DNA from: Octopus bimaculoides
Lineage: Eukaryota
NCBI RefSeq assembly: GCF_001194135.2
Contig: NC_068984.1
Coordinates: 40,027,568-40,091,567, forward strand
Reading direction: 5' to 3'
DNA: 64,000 nucleotides
This document shows positions 14,501-25,371 of the stretch, in pieces. Every line of letters begins with the position of its first letter. Within the stretch, counting starts at the first letter, position 1. Both the position numbers and the translations under genes were made by a program. A model generated the notes under the pieces. That model was not told where the DNA came from and made no database searches. It saw only the letters and a list, made by a program, of their open reading frames with translations.

Positions 14501-17013
14501 GTCAATCTGGTAAGATGCTCAAGGTTTACTGAAAATAAAAAATAACAATTTAAGGTAAAGATTATGATTATCATTTAATAAATGGGTTAAGTAAGAACAT
14601 AATATTTATGAGTATATATTTAAAGTTGAAATATGCAATTACATAAATGGTTCAATCTTACTGGGCAATACCATGGGCATGTGTCTTCTAACATAATCTT
14701 GGTTTGACGAGTGTGTAGTGAATGGAATATGATACAAAAACTCATCTTACATATATATGTGTGTGTGTATGTATAAGTAATGTGTCATACATAAAACTTC
14801 CAGCCCTCAAGTCACTTTGTAACTTTCTGGCAATTAAAAAAATAAAGAAATATCATCATCATCGTCGTTTAATGTCCGCTTTCCATGCTAGCATGGGTTG
14901 GACGATTTGACTGAGGACTGGTGAAACCAGATGGCTACACCAGGCTCCAATCTGATTTGGCAGAGTTTCTACGGCTGGATGCCCTTCCTAACGCCAACCA
15001 CTCAGAGAGTGTAGTGGGTGCTTTTACGTGTCAGACACACATATTTATATATATTATTATTATATACTCTAGAGCACATCTATAGACGATAGATTTCATC
15101 CAATATTTCATAAGTAAAACAGAATTAAACACTGGACAGTCACAAACAACTGTCTTGTGAAATAAACTTCCTGTAGACATAAACAAAGAGTGATTAACTG
15201 GGCTGGTTTTCATCCTATATTAGGATTTTATCAGCAACTGAATACTCACCTGTTACTGTCTACAGAGACACTGTATATATAGCCATTATTAAGAGTTTAA
15301 AGAATGAATAAAATAATTTGCATAAATAATACACTTTGACCGAATGTTATGATAAATTACCTGTGTACCAACTGTATTATGTTTTAATAGTATGACTTGC
15401 AATTACATATATATATATATTTATATATATCGTTTGTTTTTGAAAAACATAAATATGAAGAAGAAGCCTACTCTAAGAAGTCGAGCAGCCTATATTTATT
15501 ACTGGCGAACGCCGGTTATAGGATTACCCTGGGTTTCTCGCCATAAAGGGTACCTTTATTGTATATCTTCAGACCCAAGATAGGCCAACAGGTCTTAGGG
15601 TCTGAAGATACACCATAAAGGTACCCTTTATGATGAGAAACCCAGGGTAACCCTATAAACCAACCTTCACCAGTAATATATATATATATATATATATACT
15701 AGCAGAAATACCCGGCTTTGCCCGGGTTAAAGAGAATAATGAAATCTAAAAACGCCGTCTAGACTACGCAACCCTCAACTGTTAGTAGCTATGGTACCAT
15801 ATTTCTACATTAATAACTCTCCAATCCATGCCAGCATGGAACATAGACATTAAGTGGAATGCCNNNNNNNNNNNNNNNNNNNNNNNNNNNNNNNNNNNNN
15901 NNNNNNNNNNNNNNNNNNNNNNNNNNNNNNNNNNNNNNNNNNNNNNNNNNNNNNNNNNNNNNNNNNNNNNNNNNNNNNNNNNNNNNNNNNNNNNNNNNNN
16001 NNNNNNNNNNNNNNNNNNNNNNNNNNNNNNNNNNNNNNNNNNNNNNNNNNNNNNNNNNNNNNNNNNNNNNNNNNNNNNNNNNNNNNNNNNNNNNNNNNNN
16101 NNNNNNNNNNNNNNNNNNNNNNNNNNNNNNNNNNNNNNNNNNNNNNNNNNNNNNNNNNNNNNNNNNNNNNNNNNNNNNNNNNNNNNNNNNNNNNNNNNNN
16201 NNNNNNNNNNNNNNNNNNNNNNNNNNNNNNNNNNNNNNNNNNNNNNNNNNNNNNNNNNNNNNNNNNNNNNNNNNNNNNNNNNNNNNNNNNNNNNNNNNNN
16301 NNNNNNNNNNNNNNNNNNNNNNNNNNNNNNNNNNNNNNNNNNNNNNNNNNNNNNNNNNNNNNNNNNNNNNNNNNNNNNNNNNNNNNNNNNNNNNNNNNNN
16401 NNNNNNNNNNNNNNNNNNNNNNNNNNNNNNNNNNNNNNNNNNNNNNNNNNNNNNNNNNNNNNNNNNNNNNNNNNNNNNNNNNNNNNNNNNNNNNNNNNNN
16501 NNNNNNNNNNNNNNNNNNNNNNNNNNNNNNNNNNNNNNNNNNNNNNNNNNNNNNNNNNNNNNNNNNNNNNNNNNNNNNNNNNNNNNNNNNNNNNNNNNNN
16601 NNNNNNNNNNNNNNNNNNNNNNNNNNNNNNNNNNNNNNNNNNNNNNNNNNNNNNNNNNNNNNNNNNNNNNNNNNNNNNNNNNNNNNNNNNNNNNNNNNNN
16701 NNNNNNNNNNNNNNNNNNNNNNNNNNNNNNNATTTGCTTCACCATATACCGAAGTTCAGAAATAGCAGCTAAAAAAGCTGAGACTCCATATCTGTTGGAG
16801 TCTCAGCTTTTTTAGCTGCTATTTCTGAACTTCGGTATATGGTGAAGCAAATGCTTGCTGATCCCTTAATTATGTTTATAAATGTATGGGAACTTTTAAA
16901 TAAGTTCTCCACCGATAATGGTGCTTACATACCGAAGGGCTTGGTAAAAATTATTAATTGTTGATTTATTAATAAATTAATAAATTGATAAATCTTTACC
17001 CTTTTAATTTGTA

Positions 17014-17048
<35 letters not shown>

Positions 17049-20000
17049 TATATACATATATAATGTATACATACACAGGTATACATACTCACACACACAC
17101 ATAGCATAATACAATAATGGTTTTAAATTTTGGCACAAGGCCAGCAATTATAGGGGGAGGGGACTAGCTAGTTATATTGATGCCAGTGCTCAAATAGTAG
17201 TTATTTTATCAAACTTGAAAGGATGAATGGTGAAGTTGACCTTGGCAGTATTTCAACCGAGAATGTAAAGAGCCTGAAGAAAATGTTGGAGAGTAATTTG
17301 TCTGATATGCTAGTTGTAGAACAATAATAGGCTTGGGTATAGGTTTCCAACAAGCCAATCATTGAGTTACAGCATTTCCAACAATGAGTGAGTGATAGGG
17401 AGTTGTCTATAACTTGAGACAGAAAAACTATCACAGGAGATATTTTTTCCATAAAGTATCACTTTCTTAGGATCCTTAATTATGTTTCATGCTTAGCTGA
17501 TAATCAATCTTTAATTATGTATGTGTGTATACATACTATCACACAACCATGCCTGTGCATGGCTGTGTAGTACGAAGTTTGGGCACTATCATGGTATTAG
17601 CTGTCAGAAGCGAAAGTAGAAAAATCTAAACAAGGAATGTTACTGTTGGTTTGAGTTGAAATCTGTTTCTTTGGCTACTGACTGGCCAGAGCTATCTATC
17701 TATCTATCTATCTATCTATCTGTCTATCACTCGTCCACCTTCGTTTGTTTCCGTAGAATTTATCAAATTAGAAAAAAAAAACTTTTTGGCTACTTCCATC
17801 ATGCTAGCTCCACACGAGGGGCATATTTTTGGGGTATTTAAAAGTCCATGTCTCTTAAGCCAATTAATACTATTTTCTGTTGTGGCGATGGCAATATCGC
17901 GGTGATTAATTCCAACTTTGGATTACGCGTTGTGGTGGTGGTGGTCATTGGTNNNNNNNNNNNNNNNNNNNNNNNNNNNNNNNNNNNNNNNNNNNNNNNN
18001 NNNNNNNNNNNNNNNNNNNNNNNNNNNNNNNNNNNNNNNNNNNNNNNNNNNNNNNNNNNNNNNNNNNNNNNNNNNNNNNNNNNNNNNNNNNNNNNNNNNN
18101 NNNNNNNNNNNNNNNNNNNNNNNNNNNNNNNNNNNNNNNNNNNNNNNNNNNNNNNNNNNNNNNNNNNNNNNNNNNNNNNNNNNNNNNNNNNNNNNTATAA
18201 AGTTTAAACTGAACATGAAATGAAATATATTTATTTATAAAGTTTAAACTGAATTTCATTTGTTTAAATTCTACGGAAACTCATTTTCTAATTTGATAAA
18301 TTCTACGGAAATGCATTTTCTAATTTGATAAATTCTACGGAAACAAACGAAGGTGGACGAGTGATAGATAGATAGATAGAGAGAGAGACAGAGAGAGACA
18401 GACAGACAGAAAGCTCCGGCCAGTCAGTAGCCAAAGAAACAGATTTCAACTCAAACCAGCAGTAACATTTCTTGTTTGGATTTTTCTACTTTCATTTCTG
18501 ACAGCTAATACCATGACAGTGCCGAAGTTTGTTTCTTAACTACATGATTCAGAGTTCAATCACACTGTGTGCCACTTTGGGCAGGTTTCTTCTACAATTG
18601 CCCAAGGCTGATCAGAGTCTTGTTAATATATTTCATAAATGGAAATTAGAAGAATCTTGTTGTATGTATGTATATATGAATGGGTGTGTATAAGTGTTAT
18701 TGTTTTCTTGCTATGGTATCATGAGATAGTTGTAGATGAGTGTCACCGTCACGGAGGCGGTGTCCTTCATTTCCAATCTTCCGTGAAAACATGTCTTGTC
18801 TTGAGGAAATATTACCTTATTTGGAAACAGGTGAAGGTTGGCGACAAGAACATCGGGCCGTAGGAAATTTGCCGCGAAAATTCATCATCATTTGTCCAAT
18901 CCATGCCAGCATGGTAAACGGAGGTCAAATGATTATATATATATATGTATATTTTTTAAGAAGTTAAAAGTTGTCATAGACTGACTATTGGTTTCGCACC
19001 TATAAAGCGCTTAGCAAGGCGACTCGTCAGACTCAAATATATATATATATATACATACACACGTCTTATGATATTTGCTCTGCACCGAGTTATAGATAAC
19101 CCCTTATAAGTCACATCGTTCGGAAATGCAGCGAATAAACGATTGGTTCGTCGGAAACACGGAACCAATGCTATTATTGTTCAACAGTTACGATATTTAG
19201 TTTTTTCTGTTTCTTTGTATTTAAATGTTATAATCAGTTGGTTTAAAATAAAACATTCCTCCAAATTTAATATTCACTCCGTTCATATTGTGGAAAAAAA
19301 AAATCAATTTAAATGAAAGAATAGACATTACTTTATTAAAGTTGTCAAAACTTCTTGACTTTCATATTTTTTGATGGAGCAGGCCAATAATGATTAAATA
19401 CATTCAAGTCATGATCATTTCGTTTATTTCCCCCCTGTGAAACCGGGAACCTAGGACTACATAATCCAGTTTGTGATTTGAGGGAAATGTCGCTACTATT
19501 TCTAGCAGGTCGAGCCACCACATAATGGTATTCAGTGCGAATGAATCATAACAGTTCTAAAGAATTCAAAGACGAAACTATTTCCAAATTTAAACGGCAA
19601 CAAATTAATGTGTGGGTAACATAGTAAATTGTTGAATTAACGGAAATTATTTAGAAAGAGAATAATTAATATAAAAAAAAAGAAGAGAAAAACTAGGTAG
19701 TGTTGCTGTTATATTTTTGAGTAAATCAGGTCAGGTCATCAACTTCATGGAATGCACATAAGGTGATGGAATGGTAGAGAGGTAAGGCGTAGGTCCAAAT
19801 GCTTTAAAGCATTTCGTTTCGCCTCAAAGTCCTGAATATAAACTCTCTGGAACGTGGGAGGGTCGATACAAGGGTAAATTTTGGTGAGGTGGTAAAAATT
19901 TACCGACAAAAATACCAGTTATAAACTAGGGTGTCCTACGTAACCTACTTTCTCTGCAAAAGTGTAGCTTCATATCAATGAATAAATCATTATTAGGTAA

Positions 20001-20321
20001 TAAACACTTGTCTGTGGAGTTATCAAAGGCCAAAAACAATGTTTATAAATATTAGAAAGATGAATAGTCATATATATATATATGTTTACACTAATAATTA
20101 ATATTTATGGTGGTGAAAAAAAGGAGTACTAAATAGAAATAGAAACAATTGCAGTATGTTTATATACTATATATGCAATTTCAATAATATTAAAATCAAA
20201 ACAAAATCTTACATAGTCCCGGGACATCGTTGAGATCAGTGATAGATCGATCAACAAGATCAAGTTCAGGATTGTCATGTTCCTTGTTTTCATCGATAAT
20301 CTTTTTAAGTTTGGATGACAT
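5593..20321 (-). CDS. RSU1: Ras suppressor protein 1 (leucine-rich repeat), complete, 270 aa
   Basis: Exons in transcript order: 20321-20213, 14528-14478, 12361-12294, 12044-11992, 9057-8939, 7322-7240, 6937-6823, 6082-5950, 5674-5593 (813 nt, GT-AG, in phase). [27 protein letters not shown]...LTLSHNKLT...[19 protein letters not shown]...LSLRDNDL...ENNPWV...[11 protein letters not shown]...[12 protein letters not shown]...KK*. Confidence 0.97.
14853..15032 (-). repeat. RTE-derived short (CAT)n-tailed 3'-end repeat
   Basis: CATCATCATCGTCGTTTAATGTCCGCTTTCCATGCTAGCATGGGTTGGACG...; near-identical copies at 26458, 42428, 47803 and 59749. Confidence 0.8.
15497..15678. repeat. About 180-bp imperfect palindrome (fold-back MITE-like)
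   Basis: ATTACTGG...TTACCCTGGGTTTCTC...ATAAAGGGTACCTTTA...ATCTTCAGACCC is mirrored on the right arm. Confidence 0.75.
15699..15800 (-). mobile_element. Helitron-like 3' terminus
   Basis: The minus strand reads a GC hairpin CCCGGGCAAAGCCGGG, then ...TTCTGCTAG followed by T. The inner boundary is uncertain. Confidence 0.65.
15864..16731. other. Assembly gap (N run)
   Basis: Ns. Other gaps at about 17953-18196, 28340-28349, 34402-34454, 56626-56664, 57663-57738 and 59738-59748. Confidence 1.
16732..16852. repeat. Perfect 57-bp inverted repeat with a 7-nt loop, abutting an assembly gap
   Basis: 16732-16788 is the exact reverse complement of 16796-16852. Confidence 0.85.
17582..18523. mobile_element. 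Non-autonomous TIR element (Merlin-like) with about 200-bp TIRs and an 8-bp TSD, inserted in a SINE
   Basis: Ends GGCAC...GTGCC; TSD GAAGTTTG at 17574-17581 and 18524-18531. The arms are inverted copies that include a (TATC)n/(GATA)n tract. An N gap lies inside. Confidence 0.75.
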
Positions 20322-23305
20322 TTTAATTCTTATTAGTTCTGTATTCTTGCTAATAGACAGCCGAATCGACAGTAGTATGTACAACCAATCCCAGCGACTG
20401 GCACGGCCTTACCATTGATGGGCATAGCGGAAGTTGGCCAGCAACAAGTATTTAAACATTCTCACAATCCTCCTACTCTCTTTCCTTACATTCCCTTGCC
20501 TCATCAGCTCTCTCTCTCTCTCATTTATTTTTTACTATCTCATCTTTTCACACTTCTGTATTTGTCAGACTTGGAAGGGAAACATTGAATTCATAAATTT
20601 GTGTCACAGGTTTTTCGTAGTTTATGTAATTCCATATATATGAAGAAACTTAATTTTATATTATATATATATAAATGCTACTAATCTTTCTCCATTATAT
20701 TATATATTCACAGATTTAGTGTTGACTATTGACTTTCGGAAGACAGACATCTTACGAAAAATTAATAAAATTATTTTGGTCGAGTCAGTCTCTTGCTTCT
20801 CTGGAATTTCGCCTCTATATTCATAGTCATCCAAGCAATTAAACAAGAACTTTATCTATCTTCCCCTCTCTCTGAAAGCTAAAAACACCAACGGAAAAGA
20901 AAATAAAAGAAGGGAGATAATTCCGTTAAGATCAGTTGATCAACATTTTTTGATAGTATAGATAATGTATGTTGGAGTAGATCTAATCTTGAGAGTCAAC
21001 TGGTGAAAATAATGGTGCGTTTTGGTGTTGAGCTTATCAGCGAAGTGTATTCTCTGTTAGTAAGATCAAGAGCGATCAATGAGTATAGAAATAAAGGGAA
21101 TGCAGTGATCGTGATTATGAATATCAACAATATGGGTGGGAGAAATACATTGATGGAGCTTTCCGCATAATAAATACAAATACAGTAGGGTCTCCTACAC
21201 ATATGTTTGAAATGGTTCAACTGAGAAGGATCAAAATCTAAAAACTATAGCGTCATTACAAACACGCACGCACGCGCGTACACACACACACGGTGATGAC
21301 TCTTAGCGTACCAAATGAGGATATTTTGCTGAAGAAGTTTAATATTATCGAAACATGTCTATAGTTTTCACCGGTTGGCTTTAAAGAATAGATCTGCTTC
21401 ACTCTACCTCAATTGTCCTACAATTTCGATCTATTGATCTTAATCTCATACTGAGAGGTTTTAAATTTCAAACAATTCTTATTTAGAAATTGCATGGATT
21501 ATCTTAGCTGATCAGAGTTTTTCGATTCATTAAGTATATTACATCGGATTTTGACCTGGATAGATTACAATAAAATGGTTAAACTTTTCTTTTAGATCTT
21601 AGTCAAATGGATATGCTGAAATAAAATAAAATGAATGATTAGAAGATGAAATGGTTTCATTTTCTTCTTTGATAATTGCTCTTCATTATTATATAATACA
21701 TATATTTTTAATTACAGTCGATAAATTAGCAATTATATTTTACACAAAGTGATGAGTAAAAAAAACTCTTGTTCTTATTTTCAAATCATTCATTAATTTA
21801 TCCGATTATTTCTTACTAGATATATTTTGTCTAGATAGAACAAGAAATAAACACTTAAGATACACACGAATTTACACACACGCTCATACAGCAAACTATC
21901 TATCTATCTATCTGTGTGTGTGTGTGTGTGTTTAAGTAAGTATAGTAACCTGCTTTAAACTAAATATAAAAATGTATGTGTAGACAAAATGAATGTGACG
22001 TCATGTCTGATATGTAGGTGAACAAAAAGTCTAAAAAGTATCTTCGTATTGGCAGGGAAAAAAAAAGGATTAGTTGATGACTAATATCCTCATCATTCAA
22101 CACGAAAGACAACTCCATACATTTCGCTAAAGAATGTAAAATACGCCGGGCGTTGTCTTCTATATTTGCAAATGAAAATTATATTGGTCATTTGCTTATA
22201 TGGTGGATTGGCAGAATTGATAGAGTCGCGTGCGAAATATCACGCAGTATTTGGTTGCGCTAATATGCGTTACGAGTTCATATCCTGCATGAGTGCTTAT
22301 AATTTTCTTTCTGGGTGATAAAATAACGTCGAAGTACAGAGGTTGTTATAATCTACGATACCTATTGCCAGAATGAATATTTTATACTTGCTTTCTCATA
22401 TTTTAATAATTAAATAGGTTTTCATTTAACATGACTTCTCTAAATAAAGAAAGTGATTTTTTATAGATTAAATATCCCAATCTTTGCTGGCTGTTCAGGA
22501 AAAATTAGTAGAATTTAAATTTAAACTGGCTAAAGAATAAAATAGCTGGACACCTAGTTTAGAATGAATCCAAACGGAAAGAACTAAAGGTATCTCCTGT
22601 ACTGAGTCTCGAACTATAAAATATGAAAAGTATATTTCTGTCAAGTGATAAAATATTGCCTATCTGTATATCAATGTGCGTATATATATATCTGTAAAAG
22701 TTTCAATAATTATACTGGAAAATAAATTCCTAAACATAACTAATCTCTTCCTGAGCCTTCAAAGCCTGCAGTAATTTGACTTCTCTATGATCTTAAATGG
22801 GTTTTGACTTAACAATTGACAACTACCAGTTGATTGTAATTTTGCTGCCTTTATTCCCCTGGTGAGCGATGATCAAAGAGATGCGTGATCGAATGCATCC
22901 TAGTTGTGACCATGCTGTGTTTTCTCTATGTTAACCCAGTACACACTAACGTGCCCTTCTTTGAGGCGGTAGATTATGAACTGAGGAAGATTTGGTTTCT
23001 ATTTTTAACAGGTCAAGTAACCACATAGTGGACACCCTCGTTGGCTGAAAAAGGAATATATATATTCAGTTTGAAGCGAAGAAGCTGCATCCTTCACTAG
23101 CTTTTGATTTAGCTAAATAGAATGGTAAATTTTCGATGCGAGAATTCTACTTAGAACATTACTTAAATGAAAGTTGATATTGAATTTATATTTTGAAGTC
23201 TGCCTCTTCTGACAATTTTGCATTTTCCGTTGGACAATTTACGCTGTACACCGTTTGACATGCGCAGTGACATATTGCTCTCTGGATTTACTAATTTCTG
23301 CCAAA
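20322..23305. promoter_or_regulatory. Divergent RSU1/PFDN5 upstream region, including a probable RSU1 5'UTR exon (donor at 20412) and an ETS-like CGGAAGT (20428-20434)
   Basis: Head-to-head start codons about 3 kb apart; minus-strand donor G|GTAAGG; candidate acceptors at 20349 and 20338. Confidence 0.45.
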
Positions 23306-25339
23306 ATGTCTACACAAAGACAAGTCGATATTTCTACATTACCTTTACCTCAATTAAATCAGTTGTCTCAACAGTTAGACCAGGTAACGGCTTTGATAAC
23401 ATCTTGGAATGGTTGTTTATAACAGTTATTGTTTGACTGACAGTTTTTGTTTTTAATGAAAGAGTCGAATTTAATTTCCTGATCCGTCATTGTAGATACC
23501 TACAAATAAAATTTTAATTTTTCTGAAAGAACATTTGAATATATTAAAACAACTTTACTTGATAAATACTTATATAATTTATTCATCAATAGCTTATGAA
23601 AAACCTGCTTAAATTTGGCAGTGTTGTTTTTCGTAAAGCAATTTCAATCTCGATGGCTATGAGTTATTTACCTCGCTGGATTTTGTGATATTTCATGAAA
23701 CATAATAGAATATTTAAGTTTTGAGTGATAGTGTTATTTAAATTACGCTGAAACGACTGTGGTGATATTCAGTTTTAAATATCTTGTCGGATGAATTAAA
23801 TACTGTTCAATATCCATCTTAATTCTACAAAAGAAATGGAATGATTAAAACTGGACAATTTCATACAAACAGAATGGCAGTTTCTGTAAAATGTTTTTTT
23901 CCAATTTTCATAAAATCATAACAGGAGTAAGGCGAAGAATATTTCTCAATGTATATAAGGGTTCTAAATAAACTAATATCTGATCTAATTATTGGTTGAA
24001 CTGAATATATGGGAAGAGTACAAAATGATCTAATTAATTATATGATGTTTATAAATGTAATTTATGAAAATGGTCTGCCAGTATCATTTGTTCAAATTAA
24101 CATCATAAAAATATCAGTTTTAATTAATTTTTATTGCAACCCATTGATTGATGCAGTCAGATTTGGTTCATTCAATTGCCATGATCTTTTCTTTAACAAT
24201 TCAAATTTCTATTTTTTGTTTAAATATCTCTTTAATCTTTTAATATTTCTGCATGATCCCATAGTAAGTTGTAATATAACGTAATGAAATACAAGATATT
24301 TGTAATTTTTCTGAGATATTAATCTGCCCATGTTTGTAAATACTCTATGATCAGACGATCTAATTAAGATGTGCGTTTTAAATTGTTTCATTATCAAAAC
24401 TCCTCAATATTTAGGTTGGGTAATATCACGAATTACTAGTACGTTAATAGTATTTTGTTTCAGTGCTATTCTCTACTATAGAGTATATCTAAATTTCAGC
24501 TAGCACTCTATGAATGCGCCTTGTCTCTCATATACAATATCTTCGTGGACAAAAAAAGAGGAGTCAGCTGAAATAATTTCTTCAGTGATTGAGTACCTCC
24601 GTGGGGCGCTACATATACATCCAATATTACGAAGTAAATCAGGTAGATCGGCATATTTGGTAGCCTGTTTGATCAATACATTATTGGTGCATTTACAATA
24701 TTTTGTTTCAGTGCTATATTACATTATATCTATAGATTTTAGCTAGCATTGTATGAAACGAACAAATGTAAGCATCTTGTTTTTATATACAATATTTTCA
24801 GGGACAGAAAAAAAGGAGATCAGCTGAACTAGTTTCAATCCTAAACCCTTAATAATAGTGGAGTTATAAGCAGTGGGCAGTTGCTGATGAAATCCCAACA
24901 GAGGACTAAAACTATTCCTGCTGATTCCATTATTCATGTCCACAATAGTATACTTTATAGAGTATTTATGGCATACAGTCATAAATATTATCTTGAGTGC
25001 AACTGGATGTTTAACGACAATGTCCAGAGAAAATAATTAGCTCTCTGTAACAATGCAATAAAAGTGTTCCCTGATCTGTTGTGGTTAAGCATCCAGTTGC
25101 ACTTGGATCATCCAATGTAGAAGTTCCAAACAGTCACAACAGTGAAACGTATATAAGAACATGATATAAACTTAGGTTTATTTTAATTTCTCCAACATTT
25201 GCTCTGTATATCATAACCTGTAGTACTATTAAGTATAGTAGTTAACCACGGTACTGAAAACAGGGTGGATGATGATAATCTATATGGAGCTCTAAACTTA
25301 ACAGTAAGGTCATACATCTATTTGTATACGAAAGGTAGG

Positions 25340-25371
<32 letters not shown>

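Noticed and set aside
15170-15270. Splice-like signals (GTGAGT...CTACAG) on the minus strand in the RSU1 intron
   Set aside because: No coding continuity with RSU1; probably chance or cryptic sites.
15810-16815. Four 300-aa ORFs in the ORF track
   Set aside because: They consist almost entirely of X from the N gap; the same applies to the ORFs at 17848-18259.
20322-20384. Upstream ATG extending RSU1 (MYILLSIRLS...)
   Set aside because: It falls inside the predicted 5'UTR intron; homology starts at MSSKLKK.
24209-24397. ORF fragment with a superficial resemblance to Cdt1 (IRSS...MGRLIS)
   Set aside because: The true corresponding CDT1 exon is at 37826-37714; the similarity is not convincing.
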